From assembly GCA_951406725.2 (NCBI GenBank), contig OX597814.1:34162001-34226000 (forward strand): a stretch of DNA of 64,000 nt. The letters run 5' to 3'. Positions within the stretch are counted from its first letter, which is position 1, and each line of letters opens with the position of its first letter. This document shows, piece after piece, positions 50,801 to 61,812 of this stretch. The position numbers were made by a program, and so were the translations under genes. The notes under the pieces were generated by a model, which made no database searches, was not told where the DNA came from, and saw nothing but the letters and a program-made list of their open reading frames with translations. Source of the DNA: Octopus vulgaris (lineage: Eukaryota).

Positions 50801-53458
50801 CATTACTTCTATTGTAGAAAGAATCTCTCTTGTCAGAGAGAGTATTATGGGAAAAGGAATGAAAGTTGAGAATGTTAATTTGGTTAATCTGACTCTGCTA
50901 GCTTGAATGTGGCCCCTAGAGATGTCAGGCATTGTGACAATCATGGAGAAAGACAGTATCTACTACTCAATTGCTTCTGTGAGTAACAATAAACTTAGGA
51001 TTGCATTCAAGTAGCTCAATTTCCTCTATTAAAGGATCACTTTTGTATTGTACCTTTTTTTTTATAAAGATAAGATCATGAGAAATTGATCAAGAAGTAA
51101 AAGAAAATGATAACTAAAATGAAAGAAAAAAAAATTATCATGAGGAATTTCATAGATGGCAGTTGAGAGCAGAAATCACATTGAGTGAAGTACTCCAGCA
51201 TGAATATCTTCCAATAGGGATTTGAAAAAAATTTGATAATTTTAGGCAAATAGTACTGACTTCCACATTGTTTGATTTGTTCTTTAGCATTGTTCATTTC
51301 TATGGCTGTAAGGAGTGGTTTTACTTTGTACAATTTTTAGAAAAATTTGGCACCTTGGGCAAGTGTCTTCTACTATAGCCTCGAGCTGACTAAAGCCTTG
51401 TGAGTGGATTTGGTAGACGGAAACTGAAAGAAGCCCATCGTATATATGTATATATATATATACACATATGTATGTGTGTGTGTCTGTGTTTGTCCCCCCC
51501 AACATCACTTGACAACCGATGCTGGTATGTTTATGTCTCTGTAACTTAGTGGTTCGGCAAAAGAGACAGATAGAATAAGTACTAGGCTTACAAAGAATAA
51601 GTCCTTGGGTCGATTTGCTCGACTAAAGGCAGTGCTCCAGCATGACCACAGTCAAATGACTGAAACAAGTAAAAGAGAGTAAAGAGTTTCATAGACATGA
51701 AATGAACTCATTTATCATGGTGGGTATCACTGAGAGTTTCAGCAGGAGAAAAGAGCAGTTTGACAGGTGATATTTGCACAAGGAAATACAAAAAGTTAAT
51801 GTAAATATTCATAAATCTAAAAAGTATTTCTTTTGAAATACAAAATTTAATGAAATGCTTTCAATAGCTTCCTTGAGATTGTGTTGCAGCTAGAGCAGTG
51901 TTGACACGTCAGTCTCATCTGTAAGTAGAATGGAGTTGTCAACAGCATGAAAGTAGGCATTTTCGTCAACTTCAATAATTTTGAAAATGATAACTTCTAG
52001 AGGATTTGGAAACTGGTATAAGATTTGCTTTAATAGACTAACAACCCAATGATTTTGTGGTGTACCTGAGCATTGTATACAATAATTTCATTATTATTTT
52101 ATTATTATTTCAAGTTCCCTTTTACAAGTAGGAATTTTAAATGGAAGCAACATATAAGAAGGATTGAAAGTTATTCTGTGATTTTGATTGTAATACCCAG
52201 GAATTTCATGTTTGTTGTGTTAAAATGCATTCTTTGCAAGATACATTTAAATTTAGATCTTTGGCACATGACAGGAATGCATGACAGAATAACATGATAT
52301 ATATTTAAATTATTGCCTGAATATGAATTTTTCAATTGCATTACAATCTGTAACAAAAAGTAAAAGTGATTCAATGAGAAATTGAGGGATTTTTGTCAAA
52401 GAATAAAACAAAATATTCCCCAGTTTATTAAATTATATTCATTAGATAGATTTGCTTGTTGTATTAGATTAACTTGCACTGTTCTAGTCAAATTTAAGTA
52501 ACAATCTGATTATCTTCAGTTATTGAAATATCTCTTCTAACTATGGAATATTTCAGCCGAGATCGACTTGGACTTTCGTCCTTTCTGGGTTGAATACTGA
52601 AGTCCATGTAATCGACTTACCCCTCTCCGAAAATGCTGATCTTGTGCAAAATTTGAAATCAATATTAGTTTTGCAAGAACAGGATTGACGCACTATGGAG
52701 GGGGCGTCCTGCAAACTTAGACCATGTCTGTTACTATTAGCTACAACTATCGAAGTGTTGTACCGCACATGACGAATTAATTGTACTAGTGGAAAAGGAC
52801 CTGTGAACAAGCTCCTAGGACCTTCAACACGGAAACCATCCTGTATCCAGTATGTTCAGTCCATTAAGTAAAATGGTAAAATGTCTGTGAAAAAGACAAT
52901 TCCACTGCTGTTTAGTCCCGGTCAAACTTGGTCAAGCAATCCTATGATGAAAGACAATCCAGAATAAACATCCTGTTTTTTTAGGAGATATCTAAAACTA
53001 TATTAACAAATGAGATCTTTTTTTTTTAAAGACAGTTGGGGTTGAGATTTGCGGGAAATTTTGTTGCTACTTCTAAAAGATCGAGGGGCCACTTCGTTTA
53101 TGATGTAAACAATATTCCAGACGAAAATAAAGAAACTTGATTATTCTTCATCGATCATTCCGATTCATATATGATATTATATAAATACAAAATAGGAATC
53201 AAGCAGTAAATGTGTTTTGAAGAAGGAATGAAAAAATAAAATATTACATTAATTAAACGTTTTCACACCGCAAGTGAATAAAGGAAGTCGCTCATATTTC
53301 TTTAATTATCAATATACTTACCGAGCTATTTCTTGGTGATAATCATAATTTTCGTCTTGTAACACCCATTCATTCTTCCCCAGGAGTGGATTGAACTGGG
53401 AAACGAATATACTCATTGTAGATCGAAGTTGAAAAGCCGTCAAAACTGATTTCAACAT
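32567..53458 (-). CDS. PRMT7: Protein arginine N-methyltransferase 7, complete 14-exon gene (681 aa from ATG 53416; 695 aa from upstream in-frame ATG 53458)
   Basis: Exons splice in frame with GT-AG ends (2046 nt from ATG 53416). Motifs: [18 protein letters not shown], motif [16 protein letters not shown], double-E loop [15 protein letters not shown]-type loop WRDHWMQ, CSCGIH, and a degenerate second PRMT module (DGSLIPL, GEP..LLPWHNL, LWEYP). Confidence 0.97.
33344..33501 (-). CDS. PRMT7: PRMT7 coding exon 13
   Basis: ttgtag|[34 protein letters not shown]...LTFT|gtgagt. Confidence 0.94.
34547..34771 (-). CDS. PRMT7: PRMT7 coding exon 12
   Basis: catag|[24 protein letters not shown]...[27 protein letters not shown]|gtaaga. 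Confidence 0.95.
35500..36140. repeat. Purine-rich low-complexity tract abutting the PRMT7 exon 11 donor
   Basis: About 640 bp of A/G-rich sequence; gives rise to spurious ORFs on the minus strand. Confidence 0.7.
36153..36281 (-). CDS. PRMT7: PRMT7 coding exon 11
   Basis: atcag|[43 protein letters not shown]|gtaaaa. Confidence 0.9.
36513..37196 (-). mobile_element. Rearranged RTE-type 3'-end element (A-B-A mosaic)
   Basis: Internal duplication with an intervening piece that matches the 38.1-kb copy. Confidence 0.85.
38080..38430 (-). mobile_element. RTE-type 3'-end fragment/SINE
   Basis: Family sequence. Confidence 0.8.
38502..38585 (-). CDS. PRMT7: PRMT7 coding exon 10
   Basis: ttgcag|[28 protein letters not shown]|gtatct. 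Confidence 0.93.
39298..39427 (-). CDS. PRMT7: PRMT7 coding exon 9
   Basis: atcag|[43 protein letters not shown]|gtaaag. Confidence 0.94.
39605..39829 (-). mobile_element. SINE family B with long TSD
   Basis: Direct repeat ttgttagaggcaatcttat at 39586-39604 and 39830-39848. Confidence 0.88.
40412..41822 (+). mobile_element. 5'-truncated RTE-clade LINE (RT pseudogene plus 3' UTR and (GAT)n tail), antisense in PRMT7 intron 8
   Basis: [15 protein letters not shown](Y)AD(D)L-like, [34 protein letters not shown]; 3' end identical to the dispersed short family. Confidence 0.9.
41853..41983 (-). CDS. PRMT7: PRMT7 coding exon 8 (THW-type loop)
   Basis: acaag|[43 protein letters not shown]|gtaagt. 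Confidence 0.95.
42510..42845 (-). mobile_element. RTE-type 3'-end fragment (diverged)
   Basis: (CAT)n plus family sequence. Confidence 0.7.
42925..43138 (-). CDS. PRMT7: PRMT7 coding exon 7
   Basis: tctag|FDFSDK...[31 protein letters not shown]|gtatga. Confidence 0.95.
44082..44314 (-). CDS. PRMT7: PRMT7 coding exon 6
   Basis: gctag|[16 protein letters not shown]...LHDLQLNQL...PITVF|gtatgt. Confidence 0.95.
45675..45787 (-). CDS. PRMT7: PRMT7 coding exon 5 (double-E loop)
   Basis: tatag|[37 protein letters not shown]|gtaagt. Confidence 0.96.
47490..47598 (-). CDS. PRMT7: PRMT7 coding exon 4
   Basis: ctctag|[37 protein letters not shown]|gtttgt. Confidence 0.95.
48165..48314 (-). CDS. PRMT7: PRMT7 coding exon 3 (SAM-binding motif I)
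   Basis: tacag|[50 protein letters not shown]|gtttgt. Confidence 0.96.
49242..49458. mobile_element. Mariner-type MITE
   Basis: TA-tgagggagtgctgagaagttccaggcttt ... aaagccaggaactttccagcatccccttg-TA. Confidence 0.75.
49591..50012 (-). mobile_element. RTE-type 3'-end fragment/SINE
   Basis: Family sequence. Confidence 0.8.
50355..50391 (-). CDS. PRMT7: PRMT7 coding exon 2
   Basis: ttccag|[12 protein letters not shown]|gtaagt. Confidence 0.94.
51349..51687 (+). mobile_element. SINE family A, 5'-truncated
   Basis: Reverse complement of the 27225-27645 element. Confidence 0.85.
52056..52110 (+). mobile_element. Extreme 3' end of the CR1-type LINE family
   Basis: ttgtggtgtacctgagcattgtatacaataatttcattattatt matches 4541-4590. 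Confidence 0.7.
53322..53458 (-). CDS. PRMT7: PRMT7 coding exon 1
   Basis: [46 protein letters not shown]|gtaagt; second ATG at 53416. Confidence 0.92.
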
Positions 53459-54396
53459 TAAACAACGTGCTCCAAGACAAAATATCTAGCAAAAAAGGGA
53501 CATAACTCTAGACCATTGATTTTCATCCCCCCCCTGCCACCTTTACTCGTGCAGGTTAATTGACTCCTAGAACATTTTATAGACTATGAAATTAAAACAT
53601 CTTAGGGATCGATTGATCTTAGGAAAAGTTAAGGCCAAAAGTGCAAAATATGGAATGAGGTAATCAAAATTGACATTTCAATGAGTAGATCATAGACATA
53701 CATACAGAAGTGTGTCCCTTGAATTTATTTCCTCAAAACTTTCAGAAACAGATACTTTTTAACAGAATCTTTTGCAAATATAGATAGTACAGATCCCGAT
53801 TATATCGAATTTTTTTTTGATGGGGTGGGGGGATTTCCAAGAGTTGGTGAAAGGAGTTTCGGAAAATTCACACATGTCAACTTTGTTTCCTCATAACTTT
53901 CAGAAAAATGGATATTTTTTTCCTGAAAATTTTCCGATACTCCTCTCCCGATTCTCCGGAAAAAAAATTTCATAACAAATTTCTTACATAATTGGAATCT
54001 AAACCATCTGGAAAGTATTGTAGAAAATTTCATTTATGGATTACGATTTATTGGAATTTAATGCGGTGTGTGTGTGTGTGTGTGGGGGGGTACACATACA
54101 TATTGATGCCACAATTTTTTCATAATTTCAAATTTCATTTTGTAGATATATGTGATGCGTATTAGTGTGTGTGTGTGTGTGTGCGAGCCTATTAATTTTT
54201 TTCTTTCCATAATAAATTCCTATATAATCGTAATATATAATCGCACCATATGAAAGGTATTTGTAGAAAATTTCAGAAAAAAACACCCATTTTTCTGAAC
54301 GTTATGAGGAATCAAAAGCCCACTCAGGTAAATTACTAGATTCCTCTCCCGATTCCCTGGAAAACTTTTTCACAACAAATTTCTTATATAATTGGA

Positions 54397-55237
54397 ATCT
54401 AAACCATCTGAAAAGTACTGTAGGTTTCATTAAAAATATCGATTTTTCTAAAAGTTATGAAAAAACAAAGTTGACGGTAGTGTGAGGGGCACACTCGTGT
54501 AGGCATGCCTAGATGACATTCTTAAAGGCGTTAATAAAATATAGTTTGTCGATTCTGGCGATCTCCATGGACTATCGTCCTCCGCAAACCTCAGACAACG
54601 GAACTCAAGGGACATCACTAACTATTATCAATGCAGTGTGGATGTTATCTGGAGGCGCAATGGCCCAGTGGTTAGGGCAGCGGACTTGCGGTCGTAGGAT
54701 CGCGGTTTCGATTCCCAGACCGGGCGTTGTGAGTGTTTATTGAGCAAAAACACCTAAAAGCTCCACGAGGCTCCGGCAGGGGGTGGTGGTGATCCCTGCT
54801 GTACTCTTTCACCACAACTTTCTCTCACTCTTTCTTCCTGTTTCTGTTGTACCTGTATTTCAAAGGGCCGGCCTTGTCACTCTCTGTGTCACGCTGAATA
54901 TCCCCGAGAACTACGTTAAGGGTACACGTGTCTGTGGAGTGCTCAGCCACTTACACGTTAATTTCACGAGCAGGCTGTTCCGTTGGTCGGATCAACCGGA
55001 ACCCTCATCGTCGTAACCGACGGAGTGCTAGGGATGTTGTTGTCCATGGAGATCGCCAGAATCGACACGTTTAACATTATAATACATTAGATAAACTATA
55101 TTTTATTAACGCCTTTAAGAATGTCATCTAGGCACACGAGTGTGCCCCTCACACTACCGTCAACTTTGTTTTTTCATAACTTTTAGAAAAATCGATATTT
55201 TTAATGAAACCTACAGTACTTTTCAGATGGTTTAGAT
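54397..55237. repeat. Near-perfect inverted duplication (54397-54572 / 55042-55237) enclosing a SINE
   Basis: Arms are reverse complements over about 170 bp apart from two indels. Confidence 0.9.
54651..55029 (+). mobile_element. tRNA-headed SINE (family C)
   Basis: ggaggcgcaatggcccagtggttagggc...ggtttcgattcc head; second copy at 60507-60872 on the minus strand. Confidence 0.88.
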
Positions 55238-56220
55238 GTTGTTGGAGCATATTTTGGTTGCAAAAAAGTCATCCCTTGCCGAATATTCTTGGCGACAATA
55301 CCAAGTCTTCAAAATCTTTACAAGCACACTAAAATATCTATGTATCATTATTAATGAAACGAGATTCAATTTCAAGGTGGACTCTACAGTCTTTCACAAA
55401 GTAGGCGAGAAATGATAATGTGGAAGCGTAAGCGAAGAAAACTTCAAACCCCAATTGTATAGTCATTCACATGTCTCTAATTATCAATGACATGAAGGTT
55501 TAGATGGATTTGGAAAACTTGCTCCTGTTCTGAAACCATATTGAAATAACTTAGCAACATTCTGACTCATGGCCTGACTTGAAAAAGAGAGTACTGATTA
55601 TTTACTTAACTGTGTTATAAGAAGGTACTAAAGACTGGGAAGTGATTTATGAGTACAGTATTTCAAAAGGATAAGGGATGTTTTGGGTTTGTAACTAAAT
55701 TTGGCTACAAAGTTAGACATAGGAAGGATAGCAGAGCACTTGCTGAAGAACCACAAACGAAAGCATAAAATGCTTCATCGTAGATATGCAGAGAATGGAA
55801 ATGTATTTTCGACCCGTCAGAATGTTTCTGCAAGCTTCTTTGCATTTACTTACTGTTTATTTTTGTTCTTGTAAAATATATTCCTTTTCACTGAATTATT
55901 GTAACAAATAGAATTTATTTTGATAAGATAATTGCTTCTTTGTATACATTTTAAAATTCTTAAATTAGAACATATTTTATGTTTTATTCAGTATATCAGT
56001 CAGTGTTCTGAATAATATAATCGATTAAAACGCTTGTGCCACAGTATGGCTACAGTTCAATGAACGATATTAAAAATACAATACTGCATAAAACAAATTT
56101 ACTAAATCTATTTGAGAAATACAAGGTAAAACGGGAAAAAAATGAATAAAAAAGTGGAGGGGCTAGTTTCACTGAGCCTTCAGCCTTTGTCAAATTCAAG
56201 GGTTTTCAAATTGACATCAC

Positions 56221-57900
56221 CAAAATTTCACTAACATTGGACAGGAGCGGGCTGTCCCGCGAAAACTTTTTTCCCACTAGAGTTCTGGACCCTAGTAATG
56301 AACTCTTTGCGTATCCTTTCTTCCATTCTAATCAGCACCGTGCATTCTTTACTCTTTCCTTCTCTACTGGCAGACAGCAACCGCTCCGTCTAGGTTAATG
56401 TTTGTTTCTTTTTGTCATTTGAGCATTGAGATGGCTGTGAGGTGTGCTAAAAATAACAGCTAAATAAGATATTTTTTGATAAATTTTTAAAATTAAAGTT
56501 TATTAGTTAACATCTGGCTCAGAGATTTAAAACGAACTATTTTTCTCTTTTAAATTAACATAAACATTTATTTGCATGAAAGAAAATTACCGAAGAACTT
56601 TCATCTAATTCTTCTACATCTTTCTGTTAAAAAATTGTAATGTGTTTATCGCATTTGCATTAAACACTGGTGGTTGTAAGGTGCGCTAAAAATTATTTAC
56701 ATGAAATAAAATTACTGGAGACATAACACGTTATTTACAAATATTTACAAGGCGGCGAGCTGACAGAAACGTTAGCACACCGGGCGAAATGCGTAGCAGT
56801 ATTTTGTCTGCCATTACGTTCTGAGTTCAAATTCTGCCGAGGTCGACTTTGCCTTTCATCCTTTCGGGGTCGATAAATTAAGTACCAGTTATGCACTGGG
56901 GTCGATGTAATCGACTTAATCCGTTTGTTTGTCCTCTCTGTATTTAGCCCCTTGTGGGTAGTAAAGAAATAGATTATTTATAAATATTCTTTTCTACTCA
57001 AGACCCGAAATTTTGGGGTAGGGGACCAGTCGATTAGATCAACACCAGTACGCAACTGGTACTTACATTTATCGATGAAGGATGAAAGGCAAAATCGACC
57101 TCGGCGGAATGCTATTTTTAGAATATTAACAACAATGTATTTATAAAACATTCAAGCAGTTTCTGAACTTTCATATTCGCCCAAAACATTATCTTTGATT
57201 GCTATAGTAATTCAAACTTAGTTCAGCGTCAATGATATTGGCATCTGAATGAGAGCACAATACAAGAGTCGCATGGTAACCGGAGGTCGCTATTTTGAAT
57301 GCCAACATTTGTTAACTTGACAAGGTGAAGGTGAGCTCTGGTTAGCTGTATGCAAATGAGCACTTTACTGAGGTCCGGAACTCACGTGGGAAAAAAATTT
57401 CGCGTTCCGGACCCTAGTTATGAACTCATTTGCATATAGTCAATCAGAGCTCAACTATCAAGTGATGGTCATTTGGGTAAGGAATGACTATGCTTCTTTT
57501 CTCTTTTAATAATGCTTGTTTCAACCATGGCTACCTCTGCGTAGTTATTTTTGTTGTTGTTTACTTTGTAAAACAGTAAGGGGTGAGGGTTTGTAGCACA
57601 TCACCATCTACCCACATTTTCCCCATATGGGGCCCTAACAAAATCCGATAATAGGTATCAATGTCAATCTATCTAATTACTTGTCTCCTAAAATCAGACA
57701 TAACTTGGCGATCGGTCGACTTACAACACTGTTCTTCGTCTTGAGTTTACTTGGTAGAGTGTGTTTGCTAACTTGACAACACGGTCAAGGTGAGCTCTGA
57801 TTGGCTGTATGCAAATGAGTTCATTACTGCGGTCCGGAACACTCGTGGGAATAAAATTTCATACTCCATTCCCTCTCTGCCCTGTATTAGTGAAATTCTT
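56221..57900. mobile_element. Probable non-autonomous DNA transposon with repeated octamer-containing inverted modules
   Basis: 56221-56310 is an imperfect reverse complement of 57811-57900; internal palindrome at 57333-57452. Confidence 0.5.
56751..56972 (+). mobile_element. Full-length SINE family B
   Basis: ggcggcgagctgacagaaacgttagc...aaagaaatag flanked by ttattta(c/t)aaatatt. Confidence 0.88.
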
Positions 57901-58627
57901 GTTCCACCCTCTTATCTTCTGATAAGACAAACAAAGAGTCTGAATCGCCTTTTCACTCCTAACATTTGATCTCCACCTATGAAAAACACCTCTGCTTAGT
58001 TTTAATTAGAGATATCGCAACCTAGTTTTAGAATATAGGTATGCTTCGGTATATTTTTATTGTTTTACATTCTCGACATGCATAACTAATACTTTACTTA
58101 TGTTGATAATCATTCAGTTGGAAAAAGAACAACCTTCATATTTTGTGGAAAGGTATTTGGGAAAGTTTAATTTTATATTTCTATTCTTTCACAAGTTTTT
58201 GGCAGCTTATCTTGTTATCATTATTACTATTTTTCAGAAAATTTTGATGCATTTTTGTATCGATTTCACAGAAGCTTTTTCGTTTTCTTCCAATCACTTG
58301 AAAAATTTTAATTCTCTATGGATTGTTTTCAAATTTTCCAAACAGATGTAGTTTTGCATGCTGATGACGAATATCGCATTATTATTTCTCTAAGTACAGT
58401 GTTATAACTAACCACTATGCTGGATGCTGACTGGACACCGATAATCTATGTGGATCTATAACTTATTGTTATTGGTATATTTAACAACACGTACCCATCT
58501 TTTCTGTTTGGCTTTCACTTTTCAATTCTTTTAATTATGCTCCAATTATGCTCCAATTTAGTGCATTGATGTAGTTTTGAATTATAGCTTGGTTAAACTA
58601 TACACAAAAACAACCGGTAACAAGAGT

Positions 58628-58658
58628 GTGTAGCGAACTCTAGTGAACTTCCTCTCTC

Positions 58659-58728
<70 letters not shown>

Positions 58729-60366
58729 GCATACGAACGCAGCAGGTAAAAGCTAACTTTTGGGCGCTGTTTTGGACCCCGTTGTATCTACCACTCTGAT
58801 TGGTTGGTATTGGTGCAATTTGTCTCTTACTCTATCGCGCCCCAATATGTGGTCAGTGGTTAGACCTTTGACCACATTACAGCGATCTCCATCTTCGTCG
58901 CCACCATCATGTCTCTCACCAACATCGTCAACATCTTCACAACACCGACAACACTGCACAGGTTCTAACATATCGCTGTTCGCGAGTGTCCCCACCAGGG
59001 TTAACAGCAAATATACAACCCACACAGATACGTGTAGATATATGAATAAATGTCCATCAACCACTTCCATTTATCATTCAGTTTGTGTATATATACGTGT
59101 GGACGGCATTAAAGACATTTAAAGTTACCACTTTCTTTCATGTATTTCTTTATACCGTGCTCCTGTCAAATGATATTGCAGCCTTCTGAGTAGAGTCACA
59201 TTAGATGAAATACAACATATCCATCTATAAGTGTGTCGGTGTATTGTTTTTGCTTTATTCAGCTACATATTGCGAAGGTGAATACGATCGACCGTCCAAC
59301 GTCTCAGTCCCCTTTTCTCGCCTAATCGGAAGTCCTTTTTTTGCTGCCGACTAGCTTACTACTAGTTAGACCGCAGTGAAGTTCTTGTCTACAGTCTTTG
59401 GACGGTGCCCTATATATAGCTCGCCCCACCCCCAGAACTGTTGACTGTCATTAGAACCAGGAAGGTGTTTTAACCACCCTGATCGTGCGTGTAGTTTGCT
59501 CAGCTCTTTGGCGACTATTCGTTGTCCGGGGTTGGTGTGATTTGCCTAGGGCAGCCTTTGTTTGGTGGTGGAGCTACTTGGACGGGGCTGTCAATATCGA
59601 GATGGGCCGGCTTCAGTCTATCGATGGAAACCGTGTCGTATCGTCCATCAGTCAGGAGTTGAAACGATTTGTATTCCGGATGTATCACTTCATATTAGCC
59701 ACCATAAGGTGACTGAAAGAGTTTTCGTCGCGCGTCCCAGTGAACGAACACAAACTTCGCCTTGGGGTGTCATTTGGTACTGATGATCTAGGTGTACGAT
59801 GTATTGATATGGGGATAGGTTGTAACTGGCTCACACTTTCTCTCAGCTGCGCGAGATATCTTTTGACATCTGGATCTGATTTTGCGTGTGGAATGAACTC
59901 TCTCGGCACCGTACACCATTTTCGCGGAAGAAGTGTTGAGGTTTTCCTTAGAGACAGTGCGGATTCCCAGTATTACCCATGGAAATTGACCGTTCAGTTG
60001 GGCCCGTTAAGTCTGTGAGGGTGATTCCTTCAAGCGGCGGTGAAATCTCTCTACTAAGCCGTTGGCCATGGGATGGTAGGCTGTTGTGTGTTTCATCGTG
60101 ATAAACCGAAAATGTCGTACATGTCATTTCACAGTTTCGAGGTGAATTGAGGTTCCCGATTAGATGATAATTCTGTCTGGGACACCGAAACGGGCAACCC
60201 AATTTGTGATGTAGGCGCGATTGATTTCTTGTGTTTCCGTACTATGGAGAGGGATAGCCCCAGGCCAACGAGTGAAGCGGTTCACCAAAGTTAGTAAGTA
60301 TGAGTAATCTTGCGAAGGTGGTAGGGGGACAACAAGGTCGATGTTGACGTGGCTGAAACGGGGCAT
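58628..60366 (-). mobile_element. Gypsy-type LTR retrotransposon remnant: integrase fragments, polypurine tract and probable 3' LTR
   Basis: RFSHVNIDLV.PLPPSQ..SYLLTLV.RFTRWP.AIPL...W.ARFGVP (integrase core); downstream DTVSIDRLKPAHL; G-rich PPT near 59420-59437; candidate LTR ending ...gctaca near 58628 (LTR limits approximate). Confidence 0.82.
58662..58725. repeat. (TA)n microsatellite
   Basis: About 32 perfect TA units. Confidence 0.95.
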
Positions 60367-60506
60367 TCGAAGTTCATAGCTGCAGAAAAATTCATTGATA
60401 ACTTTTCCTATTTATATTGTCTGTTCATTCAAACGGTTCACTTGACTTAATTCATTTAAACATATTAAAATTACAAAATTACAAAATTTCTTCGTCATAA
60501 TAGTGA

Positions 60507-60872
60507 AGCACTCCGTCGATTACGACGACGAGGGTTCCTGTTGATCCGAATCAACGGAACAGCCTGCTCGTGAAATTAACGTGTAAGTGGCTGAGCACTC
60601 CACAGACACGTGTACCCTTAACGTAGTTTTCAGGGATATTCATTCAGAAAGTGACAAGGCCGGCCCTTTGAAATACAGGTACAACAGAAACAGGAAGTAA
60701 GAGTGAGAGAAAGTTGTGGTGAAAGAGTACAGCAGGGATCACCACCATCCCCTGCCGGAGCCTCGTGGGGCTTTTAGGTGTTTTCGCTCAATAAACACCC
60801 GGTCTGGGAATCGAAACCGCGATCCTATGACCACGAGTCGGCTGCCCTAACCACTGGGCCATTGCGCCTCCA
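60507..60872 (-). mobile_element. tRNA-headed SINE (family C) with 12-bp TSD
   Basis: TSD ttcgtcataata at 60491-60502 and 60876-60887; reverse complement of 54651-55029. Confidence 0.9.
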
Positions 60873-61080
60873 CAATTCGTCATAATATATTACCTTCACT
60901 ATGTTTAATAAAAATTATAACGCAGAAAATGCCAGCTTCCAAATCCTGTTTTTTTTTTTTTTTCTGGGACGAGTGAATAACATCAGATTCAGCGTAAGAA
61001 CAGAAAAGATCCAATAATTTTTTAAACCGCACCAATCCCTAATTTTTCACAAAACTTAATTGTTATCTACAGAATTAATA

Positions 61081-61415
61081 ACGTTAACACGCCGGGCGAA
61101 ATGCGTAGCCGTATTTCGTCTGCCGTTACGTTCTGAGTTCAAATTCCGCCGAGGTCGACTTTGCCTTTCATCCTTTCAGGGTCGATAAATTAAGTACAAG
61201 TTACGTACTGGGGTCGATGTAATCGACTTAATCCGTTTGTCCTCTCTGTGTTTAGCCCCTTGAGGGTAGTAAAGAAATAGGTATTTCGTCTGTCTTTTCA
61301 TTCTGAGTTCTAATTCCGCCGAGATCGTCTTTGTCTTTCATCCTTTCAGGGTCGTTCTAATTGACTTGCCCCCTCCTCCCCAAATTTCTTGCTTTGTACC
61401 TAGAGTAGAAAAGTT
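61081..61415 (+). mobile_element. SINE family B copy followed by a related partial copy
   Basis: Family core present twice. Confidence 0.8.
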
Positions 61416-61442
61416 ATCAACAGAATTAATTAATGAAGCGGA

Positions 61443-61456
61443 GTTGCCATGACAAC
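61443..61456. promoter_or_regulatory. RFX X-box-like site
   Basis: GTTGCCATGACAAC, one mismatch from the palindrome GTTGCCATGGCAAC. Confidence 0.5.
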
Positions 61457-61741
61457 AATTTCCACTTCTACGGTGCGTATAGTGGCTTAAAATTCATTGT
61501 CTAAAAATACGTAACTTTAAATGCTTTTAACTTCATTTTAATGCCAGCTAAGACTAGATCCGAAAACGAAAAAGATAACTATTCAAATTTTCAGAGTCAA
61601 CTTGCGCTTTCAGACTTATCTCCTGAATGAATAATAAAGTGGATTCTGACAGAATGTTTGTTATAAGATAAAAGTACGCTACCGGCAAATACCACCACTA
61701 CTACCACTACTTCTAATCATTAAGACACAACGAAATGAGTA

Positions 61742-61752
61742 GCGCATGCGCA
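61742..61752. promoter_or_regulatory. NRF-1 (nuclear respiratory factor 1) palindromic site
   Basis: GCGCATGCGCA about 60 bp upstream of the putative CHCHD4 ATG, in otherwise CpG-poor DNA. Confidence 0.7.
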
Positions 61753-61812
61753 CTGTTTTCAATTTGCCATGTGAATTACTAGCGTGGTTTGAGGCCCATT
61801 TTCTACGCGAAC

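Noticed and set aside
54651-54725. tRNA gene candidate
   Set aside because: Continues into a ~300-bp SINE body and has a second copy with a TSD; it is a SINE head.
58753-59122. 105- and 120-aa ORFs
   Set aside because: Within the probable LTR of the Gypsy remnant; no protein motifs.
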